The notes beneath the pieces were generated by a model. It saw only the letters and a list, made by a program, of their open reading frames with translations, did no database searches and was not told the origin of the DNA. Shown piece after piece: positions 27,821 through 42,060 of a stretch of DNA of 64,000 nt. The number at the start of each line of letters is the position of its first letter. Positions within the stretch are counted from its first letter, which is position 1. The position numbers and the translations under genes were made by a program. Origin of the DNA: Octopus vulgaris (Eukaryota); the NCBI GenBank assembly GCA_951406725.2, contig OX597814.1, forward strand, positions 138,632,001 to 138,696,000, in the 5' to 3' direction.

Positions 27821-28122
27821 ACAATTGCAGCGTGGAAGGTGTTTATAAGCCATTTAAGAAACACACAAAAGCCGTTCGATTCACTTCAACATTTAAGTTT
27901 AATTTGTCAAAATATTTTCGTCGCTAAAATCTGCGACCTGTTCACTGACAAAAATCCGTGCTGCGAAAATACTTTGACAAATTAAACTTAAATGTTGAAG
28001 TGAATCGAACGGCTTTTGTGTGTTTCTTAAATTGGCTTATAAACACCTTCCACGCTGCAATTGTTTTCGTTTCAGCACACGATCTCAGATGGAATTACTT
28101 GCTATGCGAGTACATCTCCGTA
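27821..28122. mobile_element. Non-coding PLE-type insertion: ~100-bp inverted arms plus tail, in (TA)n
   Basis: 27821-27920 is the near-perfect reverse complement of 27964-28064; architecture mirrors the large PLE. Confidence 0.8.
27903..27952 (-). ncRNA. Type I hammerhead ribozyme with G3:C8 core variant
   Basis: UUUGUCA-GUGAACA-G-GUCGC-AGAUUUUA-GCGAC-GAA-AAUAUU-U-UGACAAA: 7-bp stem I, 5-bp stem II, palindromic stem III. Confidence 0.75.
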
Positions 28123-28206
28123 ATATATATATATATATATATATATATTGGACTGCAGAAACCTACAAGTTTTTTTCATTCTCTCTCTGTTTATTTACTC
28201 TTATTC

Positions 28207-28242
28207 CTTTTTGTTGAAGAGCGTAGGTTCGAAACGTAAAAG
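28207..28242 (+). ncRNA. Degenerate minimal hammerhead in a PLE-type terminus (~28150-28335)
   Basis: CUUU-UUGUUGA-A-GAGC-GUAG-GUUC-GAAACGU-A-AAAG; core mutated at positions 3 and 6. Confidence 0.6.
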
Positions 28243-28365
28243 ACTTTTTCATTTTTCCCGTGCGTCAGGCTAATAAACTTGCTTGTTGTTCATACACTTG
28301 TCTTCGTGTTTTGTTTTTCAATAAATTTCAACTACGTATGTTTGTGTGTGTTTGTTCGTGCGTGC

Positions 28366-28431
<66 letters not shown>

Positions 28432-28639
28432 ACGTACGCATATACATGTGTATACACGAACACACGCCTTTTTTTAATTTGGAAAAATAATAATTCTTAT
28501 AACATTTTTTAAAGATAACTTTCAGTTGAAATTAACCTTACACAAAAAAAAATTCAATCATTGGGATTACGATTTTTTGAAAAATGTTAAAAAAATTAAC
28601 ATTATTGAAGAGAAACAAAAATATGGAACAGCACGATTA

Positions 28640-28722
28640 ACATCAACAGCACCAGCAGCATCGATAGAAGCAACAGCGACAGCAGCAGCACAGCAGCAGC
28701 ACAGCAGCAGCACAGCAGCAGT
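28640..28722. repeat. CAG-rich low-complexity tract with 11-bp unit CAGCAGCAGCA
   Basis: Direct inspection. Confidence 0.8.
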
Positions 28723-29059
28723 ATGCAAAAGTATAATAAAGCATAAAACAGACTTTGAAGGATAGTGAAAGCGTTTAGTGCACGTTTATATGGCACCAGA
28801 AATGAATTTCTTCAGATCCCGACAACGGTATTCCATGATTTCCTCGTTTTAATGAAATATAATGAAATAAAAATATGAAACATCATAAAATTGACAGGAA
28901 AATAAAGGAATCTTTTCTTCATTTTTTATTCTTTTTGGGAGCAATGTAATGAAGACAATGAAACAAAAACCTATTTCTTTCTCATTGCTTTGAAGAATGC
29001 GCTTTGAAAAATATATTCTCATTAATAATGTCATCATCATCATCATCATCATCATCATC

Positions 29060-29875
29060 TTTTAGGATGAAATATGGGGTGGAAGAGTTAAGTTGATTAC
29101 ATCAATCCGAGTGCTCAACTAGTGTTTATTTTATCATTCAGAAAGAATGAAAGACACAGTCGACCACGGCGGAATTTGAACTCAGAACGTAAACATGGAC
29201 GAAATGCCGCTAAGCATTTCCCCGGTGCGCTAACAATTCTAAGAGCTGGACACCTTCAGGAAACCTATAAATATTGTTTTCAAATTTTGGCGCAAATCCA
29301 GCAAGTTCAGGAGATGGGGAGAGTCGATTACATCGACCCCGGTGACTAAGCAGTACTTATTTTATCGACCTCATAGATAAAACACAAAGACGACCTCGGC
29401 GGAATTTGAACTCAGAAAGCAAAGACGGACGAGAGATCGCTAAACATTTCGACTGGCGTGCAAACGATTCTGTCAATAATGGTTTCAAATTTCGGCACAA
29501 GGTCAGCAATGATTAGGAGAGTGTTTACGTCGACTGCAGTGATGAATTGGTACTTATTTTATCGCCCTGAAAGGATGAAAGGTGAAGTCGATGTCGGTGG
29601 AATTTCATCTGTGAATATAATAAACCGGAGCAAATATCACAAAGTATTTTGCCCTATTGGTTCACTTTAATGTGTTTTTTTATTACTTAAGAACAAGGCC
29701 AGCAGTTTTGAAAGAAAGAGGAACAGTCGGCCTTTGTACTTGACTGGTACTTTATTTTATCGACCTTGAACTGATGAACGGTTATGTTTACCCCAGTGCG
29801 ATTTGAAGTCAGAACGTAAAGAGCTGAAAAAAGAAACACCGTAAAGCATTTTCTCCGATGCTCTAACGATTCTGG
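29060..29875 (-). mobile_element. Cluster of about 4 head-to-tail SINE C copies
   Basis: Repeated GGCGGAATTTGAACTCAGAA, GTACTTATTTTATCG and CAAGG(C/T)CAGCA blocks. Confidence 0.85.
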
Positions 29876-30605
29876 GGTGTTGGATTAACGAACTTTATAC
29901 AGGCAGGTTACATAAAGTTACATAGGGGGGTTACATACAGAAACCGAATGAAGTAAACAAAAAAACAATAAAAATTATATATAGTACAAAATGAATGTTG
30001 TCACACTTTCACAGCTACAGAAGAATCACCAACTAAAGCCATTCAAGGAATGCCATTGGTCCAGGATCTCCCTGACCACCAAAAGCAAGTGCTCTCTTCC
30101 AACAATCATTTTCCAATTTACGGATGCATATTGAAAGTAAGCGCATCTCAGGTCGTTGTCCCAGCATGACCGAAGTCTAATGGCTGAAACAAGTAAAAAG
30201 ATAAAAGGTAAAAGAGATATATTCTTGTTACATTCGCCAGTCTCTCACCTCATAATAAATTTACTGAAAAATAATTTCCTGTCCGCCCTTAACTTCTTTT
30301 CTGAGTGGAACTTGAAAAAGTCAACGAGAGCAGACTGAAGATTAATATTGTTATAATGTACTAGAGAACATATATTAAGATTTATTAGCCAATCCTCTGT
30401 GTTACGACGGATGTAAACACTATATCTGTTCAATACGCCGGAGGAATGAAAAGCAGGAACATCTTTATAGGCACATTTCAATCTTAGTCGAGACCGTCGT
30501 CAACATGTGTGCACAAATGGTCCTATATTGGGCACTGAGTCGTCGAAACGACGCACCTCTCCCCTACGATTGCTGGACTTGTGCCAAAATTTGAAACACC
30601 TGAAA

Positions 30606-30667
<62 letters not shown>

Positions 30668-30676
30668 GCAAAACTT

Positions 30677-31135
30677 GAAGGCGGCGAGCTGACTGGCTAG
30701 TTAGTACGCCGAACATAACGCTGGGGTAAACATAACCTTTCATCGTCAATCTTTAAGTTCAAATTCAACCGAGGTCGACTTTGCTTTTCATGCCTTCGGG
30801 ATCGATAAAATTAAATACCAGTTGAACACGGCGTCGATGCATTCGACTTACTCCCTTCTCGCTAATTGTTAACCTTGTGTAAAAATTTGAAGTTATTGTT
30901 ATATAAGAGCTCCTTTAAGGAGGTGAGCTGTCAGACTCATTAGCATACCGAGAAAAATGCTTATCGGCTATTCGTCAGTCTTTACGTTCTGAGTTCAATT
31001 TCCGTCAAGGTCGACTTTGCCGTTTATTCTTTTGGGATCGATAAAATAAGTACCAATTGATCACCGGTGTCGATGTAATCGACTAGCGCTCACCTCGAAA
31101 ATTACAGGCCTTGTGCCTATAGTTGAAAGGTTTAT
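30677..31135 (+). mobile_element. Two tandem SINE C copies (an older one at ~30500-30600)
   Basis: Heads AAGGCGGCGAGCTG / AAGGAGGTGAGCTG with full cores and tails. Confidence 0.85.
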
Positions 31136-31144
31136 ATAAAGCCA

Positions 31145-31197
<53 letters not shown>

Positions 31198-31815
31198 ATG
31201 TACTCAGAAACACACACAAACTCCCAATCATACAAAACGCACAATTTCATAAATGCTCTTTCAGAAAGTGCTGCCTATTTAGAGAGAAAATATGTCGATC
31301 TTGCAAAGTTCAACGAAAACTTGATCCTACTTCACACGCTGGCTGTGGCAATCTACATTGTATCTTAAGAGAAGACAAAAAGAAAAAAAGAAAAAAAAAC
31401 ACACACGCATATTTAATGAACTCTACAAATAGCTTTTGGTGCGTAGCATATTGGATCACATGGCTTTAACATATTTCTTTGAATAAAAATATGTATGCCT
31501 TCATTTATAATTTTCTTTAATGGTATTAGCATCAATAAAATTTGCTATCAAGATTAAAATTGTCAGCAACAAGTAAAAAATAAATCGCCTTCCTTGACTT
31601 TAATAAAAGCGTTGTCAGCTTCGTTAGACATTAGCTATTCACAAAACTCTGTTGATGATAAATGACATAGTGTAGATCATCAGGAATGAATGAAATAACA
31701 TTAGGATAACGTTTGTCTTCTCAAGAGATAGGTTCTGCATTTTCCTTCGTATGTAATCTATCCTTTTCTAGTACGTTCTTGGAATGGCAATGTTTCATGC
31801 ATATCTTTTATCTTT

Positions 31816-32200
31816 AAGGCGGCGAGCTGGTAGAATCGTTAGCACGCCGGGCGAAATGCTTAGCGGTATTTCGTTTGCCGCTACCTTCTGAGTTCAAATT
31901 CCGCCGAGGTTGACTTTGCCTTTGATCCTTTCGGGGTCGATTAAATAAGTACCAGTTACGCACTGGGATCGATATAATCGACTTAATCCGTTTGTCTGTG
32001 CTTGTTTGTCCTCTCTGTGTTTAGCCTCTTGTGGGTAGTAAAGAAATAGGTATTTCGTCTGCTGCTACGTTCTGAGTTCAATTTCCGCCGAGGTCGACTT
32101 TGTCTTTCATCCTTTCGGGGTCGATAAAGTACCAGTAGCGTATTGAGGTCGACTGACCCCCTACCCCAAAATTTCGGGCCTTGTGCTTAGAGTAGAAAAG
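31816..32200 (+). mobile_element. Young SINE C with a second headless unit
   Basis: AAGGCGGCGAGCTGGTAGAATCGTTAGC head; second unit restarts at GGTATTTCGTCTG (~32049). Confidence 0.9.
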
Positions 32201-32204
32201 ATAT

Positions 32205-33040
<836 letters not shown>

Positions 33041-33361
33041 TCATGTTTGTTGTTGTTGTTGTTGTTGTTGTTTTCTACTGGATAGCCTTCGGCTAGAAGA
33101 TTTGTCTCTTCATGCGTCAAAAGTCTGTAATGTCTTCGTTGTATCTTCTGACTTTTCTTTTTTTCTTTTACTTTTCTAATAATTAATTAACCTAATTTTA
33201 TCGTGTTTGATTGGCACATGGGAGTGTACAGAACTGATTTATTTTTTGTCCATCGTCGCACTTTTAAAAGGTAGGGTGTGTTTCTTTTCCGGAGTGAAAT
33301 TCAATTTGTTATACTTTTGGAACACACGCACACATTCACACACACACGCACACACACACAC

Positions 33362-33401
<40 letters not shown>

Positions 33402-34142
33402 GTTATATTGTATTATATTCTATATGTATGTGTATGTGTAGGAGTTAAAAAAAATTAATTAAAACAAATGACTAAGAGTGGCCAAGAACATTTATTTGAG
33501 CAAGAAAAACGAATAAAGTGGTATTAAATACCAGACAAGATTATTTCTTGATTTAGTAAAATCATCTTCTAGAGAAGGTAAAACAATAGCCCCTAACCCT
33601 CCCAACCCTATTCCTTGTGGAAATTGGGTTTAAATTCCAAATGATCCAGGGAGACGATCTAAAAAATTATGAATTTTCCAAATTTGCTATGGCATTAAGA
33701 CAAAGCGTGTTTGGAAGAAAAGGACACCTGTTAACACGTGTTTCAATCTCAACAAGCCTCATCGGCACAGCTGTTGACTCCAGCAGACGAGATTCTCAGG
33801 CACTTACAAGACATGTATGAGTGTGTGTAGGTGTATATGTGTGTGTGTGTTGTGAGTGTGTGTGCGTGTGTGTGTGTGTTTGTGTAGTGTGTATGTGTGT
33901 GTGAGACTGCGTGTATGTATACGTGTGTGTGTTTGTGTGTGTGTATGCTAGATTTAATATATATACACTAACTGAATCCCGAAAACAATTCAATTTATAT
34001 ATATATACATATACATATATATATTAATAAATAATAATAATTACAACTATCAGTGGTTTATAGTTTAACTACTCTTTCTAGCGAGTCACATGTCCTATTA
34101 TGGTCATCTCTTGTGTTTGACTGTACACTGTATATACATACG

Positions 34143-34188
<46 letters not shown>

Positions 34189-34205
34189 CGTGCGTGCGTG
34201 TGTGT

Positions 34206-34279
<74 letters not shown>

Positions 34280-34804
34280 GAATAAGAAACGCGTGTTTCT
34301 GGAAACTAAGTCATCTCATATGCAATGAATTACCGCATTTAGCAGACGAAGAACAGAGATATAGAGATTAAATTTTCCCTAATGTATGAACACATTCGCT
34401 CAAAGAAAACCACAAAATGCGTGGTGTCAATATTTAGTTGACACGTCACACAATTCTAATCCACAACGATTTACTTCAGAATACAAATGAACAAATACAG
34501 AACTTGCGTATAAGATGGAACTCAGAAAGTATAAATGAGTGTAACTATTTTCAATGTACACCACGAGCGCTTCAAGAACTCCGTTTTCTTGAACACTTTT
34601 GCTATGTATTAAGGATGTTAGGCATGTTTCCTAGTTAGATAATTATTAATAAATACACTAATATGAAATCATTAGTTATAGACTTTTTACATAAATAACA
34701 CTAAAACACACACATATGTATAAGTAGATAACGCTAATTTTTAAGTACAATTACCGTTGGGGGTTGTGAGGTTATGATGTATTTTTAAACAAATGAGAGA
34801 TAGT

Positions 34805-35315
34805 AATAATGGCTTCAAATTTTGGCACAAGGCCAGCAAGTTCGGTGGAGGGAGTAAGTTGATTACATCGATCTCAAAGTTCAACTGGTATTTATTTTAT
34901 CGACACCAAAAGTGATATAATGGATGACAAATAATGATTAACGACGGCAGTAAACATTGCATAAATTTCCAGTGCAAAATGGCGAACTGTAACTTCAATT
35001 GTCCGCGATGCACAATGAACTGTCTATACCACAGTAAGCGTGTTAAGGCGAACAAAGGAAATCTACAACAATGAGCCGATTTATATCTAACGTCGCCTGA
35101 TACAGTCAATAAAGTGTCCCCTCGGACGAATCAACGTAAACTTAAATGATAAGCGTGTCCATTGATTGGGTGATACTTAATAAACAATGTTTTGTGTCGA
35201 GACAACTGGAGTTGTCTCAGAAAGAATAAAAGGCAAAGTCGACTTCGGCGGAATTGGAACTCAGAACGTAGATACAGACAAAATATTGTATTGACAATTC
35301 TCCTGCTCACCACCT
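34805..35315 (-). mobile_element. SINE C halves (34805-34915 and 35215-35315) separated by unidentified sequence
   Basis: Tail and core in the left part, core and head in the right part. Confidence 0.65.
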
Positions 35316-35711
35316 TAGGGATGGTAATAGACATATAGTATTAACAACTGGTGTGGCACAAATTGACAAAAAATTATGTAACTTAATTAAAAGGAAGCAA
35401 GCTGTAATGGCAAATCTACATTTGTCACAATATAATTGTTTCTCCAAATTACAATACATTAGAACTATTCCTCAAAACGAAAGCCGTCAGTATAGCTTTC
35501 CTTACCCAGTCGATGTCACCAATACATACTTCCCAGTCTTCATCACAGTTTCTCTTCTAACAATACACATTCACAATATATGCATATAAATATGTATATG
35601 TGTGTAGGTATACGTGATATATATATATATATATATATATACGTATATATGTGAGATATATACATTCATACATACATATATACTCATGCAAACACACATA
35701 TATACATGTAC

Positions 35712-35850
35712 AAATTCGCCGAGGTCGACATTGCTTTTCATCCTTCCAGGGTCGATGAATTAAGTACCAGTTGCATACTGGGATCGATCTAGTCGACTGG
35801 CCCCCATCCCCAAAATTTTGGGCTTTGTGCCTAGAGTAGAAAATAATATT
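35712..35850 (+). mobile_element. 5'-truncated SINE C
   Basis: Core and tail match. Confidence 0.8.
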
Positions 35851-37182
35851 TATGTCAGAGAAACTTAAAGAAACTTCTGTCTTAAAATATACAGGGATTT
35901 TTTTTATGTCGTTGTCAAATCATGAGTCACAGTGTTTCTATCTTACTTGGTGTCCTCTGTGGCGAACCACTTCCCCACTGAATATTCTGCGCTAAATCAA
36001 AAAAATATTCATTCTGATATATAAACCAGTAAGCAAAACTTTCTCTGATGTGTGGTGAAGCTCACCAGACTAACATTATGCACACTTTAAACAACATTAC
36101 ATTAAAATAACGATGTGCATAACATTTATATCGTCTATAAAAATATGGAACAACGCTTGCTGTAGTTCTTTATCTCTGAAAAACGTTTTAAAAGTACTTT
36201 TTTGTTAAAACATACAGAGCTCACTCAGAATGTCGTCAACGATGGCAGATCACTGGACACGGTGTCTCGACCTAGTCTGGTCTTCTCCGTGATGGACACA
36301 ATCCAACTACATAGTAATATCCTGTAATAATTTCAATGGTTACATGATGTATTCGAAACAATGACACTGTGGATTGCATTTAGTTTAACAGAGTACTCAT
36401 GTGCCACAGATATACTCAAACAGGTTTGAACTGGTGTTAAACAACAATAACAAAAATAGTAATCATATAGTCTTAACGAAAGCAACTAGCGATGAAAATC
36501 AGGCGGTATAACAACAGTAATATCCATAACCGCTACCACTGTAACATAAGTAAAGACAACAACAATCCCGTTTGTAGCAACAATTCTTACAATAATATCA
36601 ACTGCTATCACAGCTCTAACATACACAAGAAAATATTGCATTTATGATGGTTTTTCTATATTACTAAACCAAGCAATCTTACTTATTCCTGCCAGTTAAT
36701 CCCTTTCTTAGTTCGGCTTAAAGGTATCGAATTTCTGTCGTAAAGCACTGTATAACTTTCGTTTTTTTCCTGGTGATATTGACTGAAAGTAGATGCCATT
36801 CTGATTCCCGACATATTTTGCTCGTAAAAAGCTTTCTTAAAACAACAAAATTCGTCTTTCGGTATTATCATCTATATTGTATTTTATGGTTAATGATGTC
36901 GATATCTACGGCCTAACGAACTATACAACGATCTTTGGTTTAAGGATAATGGAATTTTCTGGAGTTCAGTTAGCTGAAGGATATGGAGATTTACATGAAC
37001 GTTCATATACACAACGAAAAACTACTATGTACATGTTTACTGAGTTTATCTACTATAATATTCATTCTGTTCATACATTCAATAACACACGCACAAAACA
37101 CACACACATACATACGCATGTGTGTATATATATATATATACACTTATGTATGTGTATGTATATATATACATACATACATACA

Positions 37183-37258
<76 letters not shown>

Positions 37259-38915
37259 GATAGAAGGAAACGAGTCAAAAGTAATGGAGATGCTTTTTCA
37301 TTTATTTACACAGATATAAAAAAAGTTTGGATTTTCCTAGGGAATGAGATATAATACTGCTTGCATTCTTTTATTTATTTATTTATTTATCTAGTTATTT
37401 ATTTATTTATTTAGTTGTGTAGCGCTGGAGATTGAAACTTTCTTGCAGCTTAAGAAGGGAGTAATCACATTCTTTTATAGTTGACTGGGATGTAGATTGT
37501 CGCTAGCAGGTCATCGAGGTCATGTGATAGTGAAAACTAATTATAGGCCATAGTTTCAAGCTAAAAAATTGTGCAATTGAGATGATTGCGTGCACCCATA
37601 TGTAAATGTGAGTGCTTCAACATAGGTAGTGATATATGATACGTACGTACGCACGCGCGCACACACACACATACACACACAAATATATACAAAATTTTGA
37701 ATTTAATTCGTTAATCGGTTCAGGCCAGTATAACATTAAGCATGGAAGGTTCATTTCTTGTTCTGGATTTCGTTTCGCTTTATGTTTATTTAATAATATT
37801 TCAATAACTATGCTTTATATTTGCGCATGCATAGAAGTGAGTAGCCGCAGTTCGCCCTGCACTGCACAAAAGAGGCTGACGTGGAGTTAAGCAGCAGTAA
37901 AAGGGACAATAAAATGCAATATAAGATGTGTAATTTTCCGACTAGATGACTATAATATTCCGTTTTCCGATCGACTCATTTTTAATTTCTGTTGAGAATT
38001 CCTACATTATCTATAGACATCCGCAAACATATTGAAGACTGCAATTATTCCCTTCTAACTTCAATCACGAGAGAATAAAAGATAAATAATCTGACTCTAC
38101 AATTATCTAGAAGCTTAATCCCACAGAAATGAAAAGTATCGATGATAAAATGTCTCACCTCCATTCTTCAGAATAACAGGAAACGGCTATAAATGTAACC
38201 AAGTATGGCAGTCAACAATTAGGAACTTTTAATATGACGCGCCCATCATTCACAGCACAAAGAGGAATATACAAAGTAAATAAGTAAAGCGACGCATTGA
38301 AAAATTCCCGACTATTTTCACTTATGAGATATTAGTCAATTCAGAGCTGTAATATAAGATTCTTGCCGAAAGTGTCATGAAGTGAGGCCGAAATTTGAAC
38401 CTTAGGGCATGGATATGAAAAGTTTTTGCACGGCTGTTTTGGCGCCGCCTGATTGGCGTCGCTGATTCGACGTTGACATCAGACGTTTTAACATTTTTCT
38501 CGTTTCCTTCCTTTTTTTATCTCTCCTTCTCTCTAAGTGTATGAGCATGTAGTTATGTTTATATGTATGTGAAATGTCCTGTTCTCTCATTCTCTATCTG
38601 TATATTTCTACATTCACATGACATGCGTGATTGTGTGTGTGTGTGTGATTATCTCCATCACCAAAAAATACTGTCATCCAAGCAGGTTGCCTTGTATATA
38701 TCAGCTGTGCCAAATTGTCTCATTTTGTGCCAGTATAACCATATAAAACATAAAGCATGCGTATAGCCAAGACACTTTTGATCAGAAGTATGTTTAACCA
38801 GGGATGATCTGGCGTTAGACAACAATAACAACATGTTGACTACACTTCATGATTCCAAATGAAATAGAAAGTGTTGTGTACCTGGAATGCCATGTTTTGT
38901 ATGACCATCAACCTA

Positions 38916-39305
38916 TCATTCTCTATATAAAGCTGAAGTTGTCTGTGTATGGCAGGTTTGGTAGCCTTCAACTAACACTATCTCCTCCGAGACCCTGCGG
39001 CGCAAGTTGACTAAGATTGAGAGTATGATAGAAGGCTTGCTCTTCCTTCTGTAGAAGAAAAAATTCAAATTGGCCCATGTTAACACCAAATATTATTTAC
39101 CTCAAAAAGGTGCTTTTTTTTCTATGAAAATCCCTGTTTTTTACGATTTTTTGACTGCTCTGTCGCCATTTTTTGGCGTATTTCAACCAGAAAAATGTTC
39201 ACTTAAAGAGAATAACAAGCTACATAATGCAAAAGTTTTGCTTTTCAAAAATTCCAATTCTAAAGGGTCGAAACAAACCCGAGCAACGCCGGGCGATACT
39301 GCTAT
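38916..39305 (+). mobile_element. Non-autonomous Helitron
   Basis: A|TC start (TCATTCTCTATATAAAGCTG), subterminal hairpin CCCGAGCAACGCCGGG at 39278-39293, end CTAT|T (one change from CTAG). Confidence 0.75.
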
Positions 39306-40202
39306 TATTCAATAGATCTGTACGATCAGAACTGACTGTATAACGACAGCAACCACCACCATCCTCATTATCATAATCAGCAGCAATATGGCTGTTAAAT
39401 CACCAATAAACGTTATTTTTAAGAAGTTCTACTCGAAATAAACAGTCTGCAAAACTTCCTATTCGCAATCCAACAAGACGAGTAGTAATTTTAACATCCG
39501 TAACAAAACTTATAAAAAGTTTTTCACCGAATATTTACTCTGAATAGTCATCAAACAACATTAACATGCTGCCATGACTCACCTATTAAACTTACGTTTA
39601 CGTAAGTTTAAAACTATTCATTAACATAAGCAAAAAGAAAAAAAAGAAGCAAATAATACATTTATGTGTTATTTTATTTTATTTTATTTTTGCTTATGTT
39701 AATGAATAGTTTCGAATGGTTTCACGCTTGCATACTATTTCTAGCTCACATAAATTTTCCAGCAACATATATATTTATATTTCTCTCACACTTCCGCTTT
39801 GCCTGTATGTTTATTGGTTTCTCCTCTCTCCCTAACTGTCTCTTTCACTCTCTCCCTTACTCCCTCTTCCCCCTCTTTCTATCTATCTATCTTGCTACAT
39901 ATATATGTATATATATATGCGTGTGTGTGTGTGTTTGTATATGTATAAATATACACATATATACATACATGCATAGGCATATATATGAACATATATATAT
40001 ATATGTCTATATATGTTCATATATATATATAAGTATGTATGTATGTATATATGTATGTATGTATGTATGTATGAATGTATGTATGTATGCATGCATGTAT
40101 GTATATATGTATGTACGTATATATGAATATGTGCAGATTTGTATGCTTTATTTTATGTATGTAATTTCATCTAGTTGCATATCTAATCATACTCATATAT
40201 AT

Positions 40203-40503
40203 TAAAATGATAAACTTGAGGAAAGTTTTACAGATTTTTACAGTTCCAGTGATTGATTGAATCTGTAGTTTTCGAATAAGTTCTATCTGGTTTTGAGATG
40301 CCTAATTTCTCAAGATTGGTATTTAGGCAGTGTGTTACAGACCACAGGGCCCCAATAATTACAGGTAAAAACCTGAACTTGTAATCTGGATAGAGTAACT
40401 GCAGATTTCTCAATAGTTCAGCGTATGTGTTCTCTTTTTCACTGATCTTCAGCTTTATGTTAACATCCGTTGGGCAGCAAATTTCTACAAGTGTGCACAG
40501 TTT
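40203..40503 (-). mobile_element. 3' end of an RLE-type non-LTR retrotransposon (R4/Dong-like)
   Basis: LVEICCPTDVNIKLKISEKENTYAEL...PVIIGAL resembles the C-terminal restriction-like endonuclease region (xxKxxEKxxKYxxL...PIVIGALG). Confidence 0.75.
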
Positions 40504-40510
40504 ATATATA

Positions 40511-40655
40511 TTCACCAACGTAAACAAGGAGACGGCCCAGAAGAGCTGTAGGAGATTCCGAAGCCGTCTACAGGCCGTGGTTGAAGCCCATGGTGATTTT
40601 ACTGAATACATTTACTTTTTAGTATTTCAAGATATTTTTGTGTAATTTTGGTAAA
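40511..40655 (+). mobile_element. C-terminal fragment of a Tc1/mariner (maT/DD37D-like) transposase
   Basis: ETAQKSCRRFRSRLQAVVEAHGDFTE. Confidence 0.6.
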
Positions 40656-41079
40656 TATATATATATATTGGGTGGTTGAGTTCGTCTCTTGCTGATGTGG
40701 GGTGGTTATATTATAGGGTAATCATACAAATTATTACCTTCATAATATCTCTGACCACCCAGCAGCGTATGAGACTAAAATCAGCAGGGCATGCACTTCT
40801 TATGGATAATGGAAACGTCTACACTAAGAAACAACATCTATTTTATAGATAACCAAGTTCTTGGAAAATATCTCCAAAGAAATAGAAGTTAATATGCAAA
40901 GTCTACTTTGAATGTGATCGGAGGAAAAACCGCGATATTCCTGTGGAAGTTTAGGAAATCTTTACAGTTGACACAGTAACTAGGTGAGAAATACATGCAT
41001 TAATTCGTCCATCCATTTAAAACTTAATCGCATTAAACACGCATAATTTAAATGGAATGCAAGGAGATCTATAAATAGC

Positions 41080-42060
41080 GACCCCAGAAGGATGAAGGGT
41101 AAAGGTGACCTCGGTTGAATTTGAACTCAGAACTGCGTGCTAACGATTGTCAGCGCACCGCCTTAAGTAAACCTATAAATATTAATAATTCCTTCAATTG
41201 TCCAACTTTGTCTAAGGTTATTCTTGTTATCCACTGAGTTTTCTTTTTAACTCGGAAAAGTGGGCGAGTTGGAGATATCTAGAGTAAATTTCAGTAAATT
41301 AGAGTAAGAGCTATATTGGTTTCAAATTTTGGTACAACGTCAGCAATTTCTAGGAAGTGACGCGTAAGCCTACTACATCGACCCTAGAGCTCAACTGGTA
41401 CTTATTTTATCGTGTTCGATTGGATGAAAGGCAAAGTTGACATCGCTGAATTTGATTCAGAACGTAAAGACGGACGAAATGACACGAAACATTTTGCCCG
41501 GCGCGTCTAAAGATTCTGCCTTCTCGTCGCCTATAATTAGAAAAGTGTATTAAACTGTCGAGTTGATGACATAGAAAGTGAGAAAGACATAGATAGATAA
41601 ATAGAGAAAGAGAGAGAGGAAGGAGAGATAAAGTTGAGGAATAAGTAATGCAAATATTAGATATACTTAATATATGATTATTATATACGGTGGGAGAAAG
41701 ATGCTACTGATAATATTATTTCTCATTTAGATACAAGGCCAGCAATTTTGAGTGAAGGAGTTAGTCGATACCATCGACCTCAGTATTTTGGTGTACATTA
41801 TTTTATCACCTCCGAAATTATAAAGAATCTGATAATTATATCTAAGTAAAGAATCTAATAATTACTTCTATTGTAGGAACACGGCCTGGAATTAGGACTG
41901 AGGGTATAGTTGCTTAAAACGATCCCAGTACTTTATTGAGTCTGCACTTGATCAGTTACTTGATGAATGAAAAAATAAAGTTAACATCAGCGGTATTTGA
42001 AACCACGAAATAGTTACAGGAAAGTAATTTATCTGACGCTCGAACGACTGCCAATCCATC
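41080..42060 (-). mobile_element. About 4 SINE C copies of different ages
   Basis: Cores and tails at ~41080, 41315, 41720 and 41865. Confidence 0.75.

Noticed and set aside
28602-28796. Poly-Q/poly-A coding exon
   Set aside because: The 11-bp repeat unit does not preserve frame, and no convincing splice sites flank it.
33591-33612. Telomeric CCCTAA-like sequence
   Set aside because: Only one exact unit.
38425-38490. Short CpG-rich patch with reverse CCAAT (GATTGG)
   Set aside because: Too short and with no associated gene; promoter function is unsupported.
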